Source: an uncultured Bacilli bacterium (GTDB lineage: Bacteria; Bacillota_I; Bacilli_A; RF39; UBA660). From it: a stretch of DNA of 50,322 bases. The first letter of the stretch is position 1. Every line of letters begins with the position of its first letter. Location of the stretch: NCBI GenBank assembly GCA_947626425.1, contig CANQRX010000002.1, positions 1 through 50,322 of the forward strand. Reading direction: 5' to 3'. This document shows positions 27,402-36,933 of this stretch, piece by piece. Under the pieces are notes generated by a model. That model saw only the letters and a program-made list of their open reading frames with translations, was not told the DNA's origin and ran no database searches. The translations under genes and the position numbers were made by a program.

Positions 27402-30400
27402 GTGATGAATGTGAAAAAAATTGGTTTGTTGATAATAATTAGTTTATTAAGCATTAATGTTGTTAATGCAGCAAAAGTAAGCGATTTAGATTACTATGAC
27501 AGAGAAGAAGAAAAATACAAATTAACAGCTGATGGCTTCAGCGCTGAATCTTCAACTTTAGAAAATGATTATTTAAAACCCGGTAGTCGAATATTAACAA
27601 AATATGACGCTTATTTAAAAGATAAAAATATAGGAGCATTTTTTTGTATATCTCCTTCTAAACCACATGGCGCAACGTATACAATAAAAAGCCAAATTGA
27701 TATCGATTCAACGAGTAAATCCCAAAAAAAAGCTTTCTATGCGGCTTTACTTAAGGCCTATCAAGAATTTATCTCGAGAGGTTTTATAAAAACTAGTACC
27801 AAAAATTATGGTGATCGAACTCGACAACTTATTACTTTGGTGTACCGTTGGATTGCTAGCTACTATGGATATTTGGATACCGATTATGCCCGTGGGGGTG
27901 TTTCTGAAGATAACTATGTTATATACACATACAGTAAACGCAAAAGTTGGGGAAGTAAAAATTGGAAAGATGATAATGGTGATGGCCTAGCGACAGTTGC
28001 TAGAGATATACTTGCTAATGCAATTCGTGTTGGTAATAAAGTAAAAAACGGTAAAACAATCAGAGAATTAGCTAATAAAGGGGAACTTTGGGATATTAAT
28101 TTTAATGTAACTGCTACCGTTTTAGATAATACAGACAAAAGCAAAGTTAAAATTCAACTAGACATTGTTCCTAAAGGAGCTACGAAAGGAACAGATATAA
28201 ATTACGACGATTTTAAAGTTGAGTGTGATTATGATTTTGAGTGTAGTAAATTTAAAATGACAGGTGATATTAAAGTTAATGGAAAAAAAGGTAAAAGATT
28301 TACTTTAACCGTAAATACTAAAAATGGTCGAACAAGTGCTGCCGAAAAAGCTGGTAAACCGTATGGAATAACTATTAAAACAAATTATAATGATATTCGC
28401 GATGGGGCATTTCTTTATGAAATGACACCAGCTAGTAAATATGTTCAAGAAATGCTTTTAATTTTATATTTTCGTCCTGATTTTGAAATTATTTCCACAG
28501 AAACTCCTAGTTGGGAAGACAAATGCTACTGTCAACGTAATAGTAAAGGAAAATTGACAGGACGTTATGAATATAAAAAATATACCGAAAGTAAGGTTAT
28601 TACAGGAACAATAGATTTATTAGATACCGAGAAAGCCGAAAAATATGAATGCCCTCCACCAGAAGATTGTGGTGTAAAAACAGTTTGCCAGTGTGATTAC
28701 GATGAAAATAACGTGTTCACTAATCAATATGCCGTTACTTATAAAAGTGAAAAAGACACTAAGGTTGAAAAATTCTCAGCAACGGATACTGAAAAAAGTG
28801 AAAAATATGCCTGCCCTCCAGCAGATTCATGTGTTAAAACTACTTGCAGTTGTCAATTTGACGATAATGTCTATACTGGAAATTATGTAGTAGAGCAAAC
28901 TGAAAACGGCGAAACAACGGAAATTATTGTTTCCGCTAATGATGTAAAAGCAAGTGAATATGGCTGTCCGCCAGTTACTTATTGTAGCGAATGTTCTTGT
29001 GAAACTGACACTAAAGGTAATTTTACAGGAAATTATTTATATTATAAAAATGGTAATTTATTTGAAAAATTTAAATTAGATGATGCGACTAAAGCTACTA
29101 AATATAGTTGTCCACCAGCCACTGATTGTGCAAATGATTGTTTTTGTCAAGTAGATGAAAATAATGAATATACCGAAAAATATCAATACAATGGTTTTGA
29201 AGATGGACGTTTAGTAACCGAAGTATTTGATTTTGATGATCCACGAGCTGAAAACTATAATTGCCCAAGTAGTAAAACATGTCATCCCCAAAGAAAAGAA
29301 TGTACTTATGAAGATGATGGAACATATTATGGTAAAAATGGTGTTGAAGTAACCAAAGATGAATATATTGCTCAATGTGTAACTAGTTGTAAAACTGAAC
29401 CTACTGGTGATGGAAATACCAAGTATTATTGCAACAGTGACAGCGAACTTATAAGTGGACCAGAATGTAGTAAAGAAGAATACGAAGAAGATTGTATATG
29501 TACACCTATGAAAGAAAAATGTGATAACGGAGATACGGCTTCTTGTGAAGAATACCAAGATAAATGTCTTCCAATTCCTTCGGATTGCAGTGCCAAAGTA
29601 ACTATTCCCGATGAGTGTGCTAATTTTGATGCAGACACCATGTTAGAAGCTGAAATTGATGATGTAAATCTTGATCCTGGTTGTGGTAAAGATAACTCAA
29701 TCAAAAAATGTGTAGTTAATGGAACCGATCAAGCTGGCAACTCTTATTTACATTTTAAAAATAATTATTGTACTGTTTGGTGTAAAGAAAAATATAATTT
29801 TACGTTACCAACAGCAAGACATACTAGAAGTGGAGGTTACTTTACATTAAGTGCTAAAATAACTGGAGAAAGAACATGCTATGCTACAGGAAGTGATGAC
29901 ACAACAACTCCAATTGATGAGCCAAGATTTCATAGAGATTTAGAGGATGCCGAAGCGGCATTACAACTGGCTTACGAAAATTATATAAGTGCCAAAAATA
30001 ATAAAGAAAACTCGGAAAGAACGTTAGAAAATTTAAATAATCAAACAACAAGTATCGAAAATGCAGTATCATATGCTCAATCAGAACTTACAATTGCCCA
30101 ATCATTATATTCAAGTGCTCGATCAGCATTGTCAAGTGCCGAATCAGAATTATCAAGTGCCGAATCAGAATTATCAAGTGCTCAAAGTGCTTTAAATTCA
30201 ATACCTGAAGGTGATGAAGCTGCAAGGACAAGTGCGTTAGCTAATGTTTCTAGAGCCAGTATTAGAGTTTCAAACGCACAAACTGCTGTTCACATAGCAC
30301 AAGCTGATATTTCTAGTGCCGCATCAAGAGCACAAAGTGCCCAAAATTCTCTAAGCGATGCCATCACTGCCAGAGATAATCATTATATAAGCATAACGAA

Positions 30401-31745
30401 TACGGAAAGAAATATTGAACTCGCAAAACAAGAGATGGCAAAAAATGAAGCCTCAATGAACGACTTAAATTCCAAAATTCAAACCTTTTTCAATGAATAT
30501 AATAGTTGTGCAAGTTGGGAAGTAGAATTTAAGTTTGATCCAAAAATTGATTATTGGTATAACGAAAAATATATGGATATTCTAACCACAGGTAATAGCG
30601 GAACATTTGAAGCAGATGGAACAACATCGCTAGATAGCACTGAAGAATATTGTTCCGGAATTGCTGATGAAAATTTTGAATGTGAAAATGGCCAAACAAG
30701 CCAAGTAAAATATAAAGATCAAAATTATGTATATTGTACAATCGAAGGGTGTGTAACTAAAAGTTCTAGATTAAATGATGTAAAGTGGATTCGTAAAAAT
30801 GAAAAATCTTCTAATTCTTATCGACCTCATGCCAACTTTTCAACATCTACTGGTTTTGGAACAATAAAAAGAAATGCCCCAGAGTGTAATGGAAACGACT
30901 GTTTATTTACGAAGTTGCCTATTAATGCTTTACCAGTTGAATTATCAACCGGCCGTGGAGTATTCCCATTTGTTTTGAAATTTAGAGATATCGGTCAATA
31001 TGCTAGTGGTTCTTTAGGAAGATTACTTGGAGCAAGTCAAAGTGTTGTAACAAGCCTATCAAGAGCTGATTCAATGTGTTCAACTCCTGGTTATAAAGCA
31101 ACAACAAGTACCTCATATGTATGTGAATATATTAATGACTGCTCTGAGTGTGAAGCTGATTGTATCAATTGTGGTAGCACCCCATATGACCCTGGTGACC
31201 CATATGACCCACCTAACATACCCGAGACTGAATGTAAAGGTCAAACATGTCCTTTAACTTGCTCATCGTGTATATATGATGGTGGTAAAACACAATTTTC
31301 ATTCCGGACAGTTTCCGTAAATAATGTTTTCCCAAATTCATGCAATAAGGCCCTAAGCAACTGTCGAAAAGAAGGATATAACTGGGATACTAATAATCCA
31401 AAAGCTAAAAAAACCTTAGAAGAAATTGAGGAAAAAGGCGAGTCAGCATATCAAGAACCAGAATATTCCTATACCCTTAATCCAGGTCAATTGCAAAATA
31501 TAAGAAAATATAATGATAAAGCCGGTACATATTTAAATACAACAATTCCTGATTCCGGCGATACAGCCTTAAAATGTGAAAGATTAGATATCAATGGAAA
31601 ATTATATAATGTAAAATGTACAAGTTCCTTTTTAGACCAAAATTCTCAAACTTATTTTAGCGAACAAAAAAGAAACACAACCTTTACATTATGGGATACT
31701 AATAATGTTAATGACTTAATTGGCATCGGACCATCTTGGAAATAA
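27402..31745 (+). CDS. Giant secreted Cys-rich protein 1 (1447 aa), putative surface adhesin/fibre component
   Basis: Signal peptide KKIGLLIIISLLSINVVNA/AK. The N-terminal domain of about 370 aa is shared with 32071-35589. Five modules of about 50 aa (C-x-C ... C-P-P-x-x-x-C) lie at about 28524-29300. There is a Ser/Ala-rich helical insert, and a Cys-rich conserved C-terminal region ending GIGPSWK. No LPXTG and no C-terminal TM. The real start may be ATG 27405 or GTG 27411 (AGGTGA at 27400-27405). Confidence 0.8.
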   Translation: MMNVKKIGLLIIISLLSINVVNAAKVSDLDYYDREEEKYKLTADGFSAESSTLENDYLKPGSRILTKYDAYLKDKNIGAFFCISPSKPHGATYTIKSQIDIDSTSKSQKKAFYAALLKAYQEFISRGFIKTSTKNYGDRTRQLITLVYRWIASYYGYLDTDYARGGVSEDNYVIYTYSKRKSWGSKNWKDDNGDGLATVARDILANAIRVGNKVKNGKTIRELANKGELWDINFNVTATVLDNTDKSKVKIQLDIVPKGATKGTDINYDDFKVECDYDFECSKFKMTGDIKVNGKKGKRFTLTVNTKNGRTSAAEKAGKPYGITIKTNYNDIRDGAFLYEMTPASKYVQEMLLILYFRPDFEIISTETPSWEDKCYCQRNSKGKLTGRYEYKKYTESKVITGTIDLLDTEKAEKYECPPPEDCGVKTVCQCDYDENNVFTNQYAVTYKSEKDTKVEKFSATDTEKSEKYACPPADSCVKTTCSCQFDDNVYTGNYVVEQTENGETTEIIVSANDVKASEYGCPPVTYCSECSCETDTKGNFTGNYLYYKNGNLFEKFKLDDATKATKYSCPPATDCANDCFCQVDENNEYTEKYQYNGFEDGRLVTEVFDFDDPRAENYNCPSSKTCHPQRKECTYEDDGTYYGKNGVEVTKDEYIAQCVTSCKTEPTGDGNTKYYCNSDSELISGPECSKEEYEEDCICTPMKEKCDNGDTASCEEYQDKCLPIPSDCSAKVTIPDECANFDADTMLEAEIDDVNLDPGCGKDNSIKKCVVNGTDQAGNSYLHFKNNYCTVWCKEKYNFTLPTARHTRSGGYFTLSAKITGERTCYATGSDDTTTPIDEPRFHRDLEDAEAALQLAYENYISAKNNKENSERTLENLNNQTTSIENAVSYAQSELTIAQSLYSSARSALSSAESELSSAESELSSAQSALNSIPEGDEAARTSALANVSRASIRVSNAQTAVHIAQADISSAASRAQSAQNSLSDAITARDNHYISITNTERNIELAKQEMAKNEASMNDLNSKIQTFFNEYNSCASWEVEFKFDPKIDYWYNEKYMDILTTGNSGTFEADGTTSLDSTEEYCSGIADENFECENGQTSQVKYKDQNYVYCTIEGCVTKSSRLNDVKWIRKNEKSSNSYRPHANFSTSTGFGTIKRNAPECNGNDCLFTKLPINALPVELSTGRGVFPFVLKFRDIGQYASGSLGRLLGASQSVVTSLSRADSMCSTPGYKATTSTSYVCEYINDCSECEADCINCGSTPYDPGDPYDPPNIPETECKGQTCPLTCSSCIYDGGKTQFSFRTVSVNNVFPNSCNKALSNCRKEGYNWDTNNPKAKKTLEEIEEKGESAYQEPEYSYTLNPGQLQNIRKYNDKAGTYLNTTIPDSGDTALKCERLDINGKLYNVKCTSSFLDQNSQTYFSEQKRNTTFTLWDTNNVNDLIGIGPSWK

Positions 31746-31935
31746 ACTAAGATGGTTTTTTTGTAGTTATTAAGGTTCAAAAAATTTCTAGTTGAAAAAA
31801 GGGAAAATGTTTGGTATTATTAACCTCATATATCTGGTTGTTGAATTTTAAATAAATCAAGAAAAAGATATAAAAAATTTTAACAACTTTGCTAAATCAG
31901 AATTTATAAAAAATAAAATGGAGTATATTAAGACA

Positions 31936-31964
31936 TTGAAAAAATTAAGAGTATTTGTTATAAT
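31936..31964 (+). promoter_or_regulatory. Sigma-A-type promoter TTGAAA-N17-TATAAT upstream of giant gene 2
   Basis: Read directly, about 107 nt upstream of ATG 32071. Confidence 0.55.
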
Positions 31965-32070
31965 AAATTTATATTAACTGGGTTGGTGAAAATATGAAAA
32001 CAAATATTATTAATTTAGAGGTGTGTAATACTTTGAAAAAAAACTTAAATATGCATAGGGGGAATGTATA

Positions 32071-35000
32071 ATGAAAAAGAAGTTAACAATATTTTTGTTA
32101 AGTTTAAGTTTATTTTTGGGTGTTTGTTTAAAAAATACCCAAGCTGCCGAGGTCTATGATCGGGTTAAAAGTGGATACAAAATATCTGGAACATTTACCA
32201 ATACAGGTATTAGTTATTTTCTCGAAGTAGGTTATAAATATGGTGCTCCTAGTACCGGTAGTTATAATGCTTATAAAAATGGCATTGATGGAATATTTAT
32301 ATGTATTTCACCAGATAAAGATGCTGGAACCTATTATAAAGCGGTTACCGAAGTTAACCCAGATTCACCATCTGTTAAAAATAAAAATACGCGTGCTTTT
32401 TATGTTGCTGTAATTAAGGCATATCAAATTATGGTTGACAGTGGGGAAATTACAACTAAAAAAAGTAATGGTCGCTATTCATATACTGACCGTCAAAAAT
32501 TCTTATTAATTGTTCGTTGGTTAGCAAGTAAATATGGATTATTAGATACTAGCCACCCAAGTAGTTCAACAACTCCGGCTGGTAACTATAAAAAATATGT
32601 TTATTCTGATAGAAGCAAATATTGGAATACGTCCAATTCAACTATTAAAAGAGCTGAAGCTGTAACTAAAGCTGCGATAAAAGTTGGAGATAAAATACTA
32701 AAAGGTTCAACTTACCAAAAACTTATTGATAATGGTGATGTTTGGGGCGCTAGATGGGAAAGTACTGCTCCAACTGTCGAAACCAATGCAAAGAAACCAA
32801 ATTTAGTAACTATAAAGTTTGATGTCAAAGCTAAAAACAGTATTCAAAAAATAAATTACAAAGATTTTAAAGTAGAATGTAATTATGGTTATAAGTGTAA
32901 AGATGTAACAATTAAGACTAAAAAGGAAACTACGAAAAAAGGTAAAGAAAAACAATACATAAGTGTAAGTATTGTTGTCGATACAACTAATGGTAAAAAA
33001 CATAAAGCTCAAAATGCTGGGCAACCATATGGAGTTGTTGTTAAAACTAATTTTTATGATTACCATGATTCATCTCATTTATTCTTATTTAATCCAACAG
33101 TTAGTACAAAACAAAAGATGTTACTAATTAGAGATTATAACCAATCAATGCAAATTGTTACTAAGTTTGTTCCAGAATGGGAAGATATTTGTTCTTGCCA
33201 AAAAGATAGCAACGGCAATTACACTGGAAAATATGAGTTGAAAACAATTGTTAATGGTGTTGTAAAAACCGAAGAATTTGGTTTTAACGATAAAAAAGCT
33301 AAAAAATATGATTGTCCTGATTCTTCAAAATGTGTTAGTGAACCTAATCCATCATGTCAAACACCAGATGAAAGTGATGATGGAAATTATCATTGTAAAG
33401 ATGGTGAAGTTTGTGACGAAGAAAAATACAAAGAAGACTGTGATACAGGTAAGAAACCATCATGTCAAACACCAGATGAAAGCGATGACGGAAAATATCA
33501 CTGCAAAGATGGCGAAGTTTGTGACGAAGAAAAATACAAAGAAGACTGTGATACAGGTAAGAAACCATCATGTCAAACACCAGATGAAAGCGATGACGGA
33601 AAATATCACTGCAAAGATGGCGAAGTTTGTGACGAAGAAAAATACAAAGAAGACTGTGATACAGGTAAGAAACCATCATGTCAAATACCAAGTGAAAGTG
33701 ATGATGGAAATTATCATTGTAAAGATGGTGAAGTTTGTGACAAAGATGAATATGAAGATGACTGTTTATGCCCTGAATTAAAGGATAAATGTGAAGAAAA
33801 TCCTGATGATCCTGCTTGCGGTGAATACAAGGAAAAATGTCCAAATTGTTCAGCAACGGTTACAGTTCCAAACAATTGTAATGATTTTGATGCTGAATCA
33901 ACAGTAGACGGTGTTATTAGCGATATTAATGAAACAGCAAGTAGTTGTAATCCAACAGCTAACTTAGTTAAAACCTGTGTAATTGATAAAAAGGATCAAG
34001 CTGGTTCAAGTTTTGAAGCAACCAATGAAATAAAAAATAACCCTTATTGTAAAGTATGGTGTAAAGAAAAATATGAATTCTCATTACCAACAGCAAAATA
34101 TACTCAAAGTGGTGGTTATTTCCAATTAACAATGAAAATAGCTGCTAAAAGAGATTGTTATGTAAGTGCAGCAGATGACCCAGATAATCCAATTGATAAG
34201 ACAAAATTCTTAAGTGATTTAAGTACTGCTGAAACTGCGGTTAAAAATGCTTATAACGAATATAGTAAATTAAACAATGATGCTAATTTATCTGCTTTAA
34301 ATTCTGCTAAAGAAAAAGTGGAAAGTATTATTAGTGATTTTAATAGTTGTTCAAATGGTTGGAGTAATAATTTCGTTTATAACCCAGAAATTGAATATGA
34401 TTATTACAATGACTATTTAACTAATAGTAAAGGAACATTTGAAAAAATTGAAGGAACCGATACAATGACTAGTGAAGATACTTATTGCTCTGGAGATACT
34501 GATGAAAGTTACAATTGTAAATCAGGTGCATCAAACACTATGCAAACTGAAACTCAAAGCTATGAAAATTGTGATGCTCAAGGATGTAGTGTTAAAACTG
34601 CTCAAATAAGTACAGCTAAATGGATTCAAAAAACTAAAATAGTTGCCAATGCTCAATATCAACCAAAAGAAAAATTCTCAACTTATACAAGTTATGGTAT
34701 AATAAAAATAGATGAACCTAGATGTAATGGTAAAGATTGCTTATATACAAGACTTCCAGATAGTTCATTACCTGTTCAATTAACAACTGGTAAAGGAGTA
34801 TTCCCATTCACATTTACATTTAAAAATATTGGTCAATCAAATACTGATAATAATTTAGGTCGTCTAATTGGTTCTGATAACAGTATTGTAAAAGCCTTTA
34901 ATGAATTACCTGATGAATACCGTTGTTCAAAAGACAATGCAACTGATGCATATGGTGGATATGTTTGTCATTACATTAACAACTGTGATGGATGTGACTT

Positions 35001-35589
35001 TGAATGTGTTGGTGACGATTGTAAGTTTGAAGATGAAGAAGAAAATTGCGAAGGTCCAACTTGTCCATTAACATGTGTAAACTGTGTATTTGATGGTCAA
35101 GAAGCAACTTATACCTTTAGAGCTGTGTCCCTTGCTAATTTATTCCCAAATGAATGTGATGAAAATTCTGATAGTAGTGAATGTCGTACAACCGGCTATA
35201 ACTGGGACGTTGGTGAAAAAGCTAGTTTAACTAAGAAAGCAATCCAAGAAGAAGGTAATAATATCTATATTGAACCAGAATATTCATATACAATGAATTC
35301 CTCACAACTAAGTGCTATTAGAGAATATAATCAAAAAGTTGGTTCATATTCTAATACCACAACTGGAGCATTCTTTAACAACGAACCAGCATTGAAATGC
35401 AATGTTGTTGAAATAAATGGAATTCAATATGAGGTTGAATGTTTATCTACATTCTTATCAAACGGAAATGGTAAATACTTTACCGAAAATAAACGAAATA
35501 CTGAATTTGAACTATGGTCAAATACAGAATATTGCTTAAGCGGTAGCTGTTTAGATCGTAAAAAAGGCGTAGGACCGTCTTGGAAGTAG
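32071..35589 (+). CDS. Giant secreted Cys-rich protein 2 (1172 aa), paralog of 27402-31745
   Basis: GGGGGA RBS and signal peptide (..CLKNTQA/AEV). Shares the N-terminal domain, one C-x-C...C-P module and the entire Cys-rich C-terminal region (..YCKVWCKEKYEFSLPTAKYTQSGGYF.., ends GVGPSWK) with protein 1. Contains four 36-aa tandem repeats. Confidence 0.8.
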   Translation: MKKKLTIFLLSLSLFLGVCLKNTQAAEVYDRVKSGYKISGTFTNTGISYFLEVGYKYGAPSTGSYNAYKNGIDGIFICISPDKDAGTYYKAVTEVNPDSPSVKNKNTRAFYVAVIKAYQIMVDSGEITTKKSNGRYSYTDRQKFLLIVRWLASKYGLLDTSHPSSSTTPAGNYKKYVYSDRSKYWNTSNSTIKRAEAVTKAAIKVGDKILKGSTYQKLIDNGDVWGARWESTAPTVETNAKKPNLVTIKFDVKAKNSIQKINYKDFKVECNYGYKCKDVTIKTKKETTKKGKEKQYISVSIVVDTTNGKKHKAQNAGQPYGVVVKTNFYDYHDSSHLFLFNPTVSTKQKMLLIRDYNQSMQIVTKFVPEWEDICSCQKDSNGNYTGKYELKTIVNGVVKTEEFGFNDKKAKKYDCPDSSKCVSEPNPSCQTPDESDDGNYHCKDGEVCDEEKYKEDCDTGKKPSCQTPDESDDGKYHCKDGEVCDEEKYKEDCDTGKKPSCQTPDESDDGKYHCKDGEVCDEEKYKEDCDTGKKPSCQIPSESDDGNYHCKDGEVCDKDEYEDDCLCPELKDKCEENPDDPACGEYKEKCPNCSATVTVPNNCNDFDAESTVDGVISDINETASSCNPTANLVKTCVIDKKDQAGSSFEATNEIKNNPYCKVWCKEKYEFSLPTAKYTQSGGYFQLTMKIAAKRDCYVSAADDPDNPIDKTKFLSDLSTAETAVKNAYNEYSKLNNDANLSALNSAKEKVESIISDFNSCSNGWSNNFVYNPEIEYDYYNDYLTNSKGTFEKIEGTDTMTSEDTYCSGDTDESYNCKSGASNTMQTETQSYENCDAQGCSVKTAQISTAKWIQKTKIVANAQYQPKEKFSTYTSYGIIKIDEPRCNGKDCLYTRLPDSSLPVQLTTGKGVFPFTFTFKNIGQSNTDNNLGRLIGSDNSIVKAFNELPDEYRCSKDNATDAYGGYVCHYINNCDGCDFECVGDDCKFEDEEENCEGPTCPLTCVNCVFDGQEATYTFRAVSLANLFPNECDENSDSSECRTTGYNWDVGEKASLTKKAIQEEGNNIYIEPEYSYTMNSSQLSAIREYNQKVGSYSNTTTGAFFNNEPALKCNVVEINGIQYEVECLSTFLSNGNGKYFTENKRNTEFELWSNTEYCLSGSCLDRKKGVGPSWK
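33349..33780 (+). repeat. In-frame tandem repeat, 4 x 108 bp (36 aa: PSCQTPDESDDG-N/K-YHCKDGEVCDEEKYKEDCDTGKK)
   Basis: Units start at 33349, 33457, 33565 and 33673. Units 2 and 3 are identical. Units 1 and 4 share a different set of synonymous variants, and unit 4 diverges at its 3' end. Confidence 0.9.
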
Positions 35590-35598
35590 GAGGATATT

Positions 35599-36042
35599 AT
35601 GAAAGAATCTTATTGGGGTTATTGGATAATTGTACTAGGTGTATTTATCATCGTCATAATGATGTTAATATCTAATGTGACAACGACTAATACTCAAGAC
35701 TATTATTTAATAAAAGAAGTATCAGAAGCTTCGATGGTAGATGCAATAGATTATGCGTATTATCGTCAAAGTGGTGAATTAAGAATTAATCGTGAAAAAT
35801 TTGTAGAAAGCTTTTTAAGACGCTTTGCTGAAAATGTTTCACTTAGTACATATACTGTAAATTTTTACGATATATATGAAGCACCACCTAAAGCAAGTGT
35901 TGAAGTTATAACCAAAAGCAATACTTATAATATAAATTCTGATGCCCAAAGTTTTGATATTGTTAATAGAATAGATGCAATATTAGAACTAGATGGTACT
36001 GCAGAATCAGGAACGTTTGATAACTTACAATCAAATCCTTAA
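35599..36042 (+). CDS. Small N-terminally membrane-anchored protein (possible pseudopilin-like or assembly factor)
   Basis: AGGAGG RBS 10 nt after the giant gene stop. MKESYWGYWIIVLGVFIIVIMMLIS hydrophobic N-terminus, then a soluble domain of about 115 aa. It sits directly upstream of the Tad-like core. Confidence 0.55.
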   Translation: MKESYWGYWIIVLGVFIIVIMMLISNVTTTNTQDYYLIKEVSEASMVDAIDYAYYRQSGELRINREKFVESFLRRFAENVSLSTYTVNFYDIYEAPPKASVEVITKSNTYNINSDAQSFDIVNRIDAILELDGTAESGTFDNLQSNP

Positions 36043-36080
36043 AAAATTGCTTTAAAAAATATTAGTTAGGAGGAATAAAA

Positions 36081-36914
36081 ATGGGAAATTTATTATCAAA
36101 ACTTAAAAGGTTTTTAGAAAATAAAAATACAGTAACAATTTTATGTGTAATCGCGGGAATTGCAGTTTTGTATATTGGTTATAATTGGCGGGTTAATTCA
36201 GCTATTAGTCCGACATCTATTCCTTATGCAAAAACTGCTTTACCTTCACGTCATGTTATAACATCAGATGATATTGGTTATATGGAAGTTTCTAGTGCGG
36301 TCGTTAATCGTAGTTCTAATATTATTAGAAATTCCAATTTAATTATTGGTAAAGAGGTAATGTATGGTACTACCATTCCTCAAAATAGTTTTTTCTATGA
36401 TAGTGCAATTACCGATTCTAATTTACAACCAGATGATGTTATGGCTGATATTCCAAACGGCTATACATTGTTTACTTTATCAGTAGACTTACATACTACT
36501 TATGGTAACTCTATTTATCCTGGAAATTATATTGATTTATGGTTTAAGGGTGTAGATGATTACAACAAAATAATGTATACCAACTTAATAAGAAGTATTA
36601 AAGTTTCCGATGTTCGGGATAGTAATGGTCAATCTGTTTTTGAAACATCTATGGAAAAAAGAACACCATCTGAATTATTATTTGCAGTTCCTGATGATAT
36701 GTATTCTTTGCTTAAAAAAGCTCAATACATTGGTGGGGTAGAAATAATACCAGTTCCAAGAAACCGTAATTATACTGCCAATCCTGGAGAAACAGAAGTT
36801 GCTAGTGATTATGTAAAAGAATTTATTTTATCAAAAACCGCAATTATTCCAGATGAAAATATAAGTACAAACACAAATGATAATAACGATGAAAACAATA
36901 ATGTAGAAGAATAA
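36081..36914 (+). CDS. CpaB/RcpC-like Flp pilus assembly protein (SAF-domain protein)
   Basis: AGGAGG RBS and an N-terminal TM helix. This is followed by a SAF-like segment (IPYAKTALPSRHVITSDDIGYMEV...IIGKEVMYGTTIPQNSFF). It lies immediately upstream of a CpaF/TadA-type ATPase. Confidence 0.5.
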   Translation: MGNLLSKLKRFLENKNTVTILCVIAGIAVLYIGYNWRVNSAISPTSIPYAKTALPSRHVITSDDIGYMEVSSAVVNRSSNIIRNSNLIIGKEVMYGTTIPQNSFFYDSAITDSNLQPDDVMADIPNGYTLFTLSVDLHTTYGNSIYPGNYIDLWFKGVDDYNKIMYTNLIRSIKVSDVRDSNGQSVFETSMEKRTPSELLFAVPDDMYSLLKKAQYIGGVEIIPVPRNRNYTANPGETEVASDYVKEFILSKTAIIPDENISTNTNDNNDENNNVEE

Positions 36915-36933
36915 CAAGAAAGGGGTGCCGGCC

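Noticed and set aside
27640-27850. Thioester (TQxA-type) adhesin domain in the giant proteins
   Set aside because: FFCISP / FICISP followed about 60 aa later by (T/D)RQ..L(V/I)(Y/V)RW superficially recalls the Cys ... TQxA(I/V)W pair of Gram-positive thioester domains. However, the motifs are inexact and the Cys-Gln spacing is much shorter than in known TEDs. There is not enough support to call it.
27808-30741. Several 60-115-aa ORFs inside or antisense to giant gene 1 (27808-27990, 27914-28144, 28693-28890, 29098-29325, 29211-29558, 29426-29704, 29884-30072, 30529-30741)
   Set aside because: All are nested in the 1447-aa ORF. They lack RBSs and have no recognisable motifs. The same applies to the antisense ORFs at 4485-4691, 5335-5562, 14297-14479, 20439-20845, 22119-22473, 25678-25893, 27251-27454, 32803-33066, 37607-37870, 40209-40466 and 47490-47672.
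33349-33780. CRISPR array?
   Set aside because: The repeats are contiguous with no spacers, 108 bp long, in frame and coding. No cas genes are present. No other repeat-spacer structure was seen in the window.
33278-33856. ORFs 33278-33781 (+, alternative frame) and 33344-33856 (-)
   Set aside because: Both are periodic artefacts of the 4 x 108-bp tandem repeat inside giant gene 2. Their translations simply repeat every 36 aa, and they lie wholly within a much longer, well-supported ORF.
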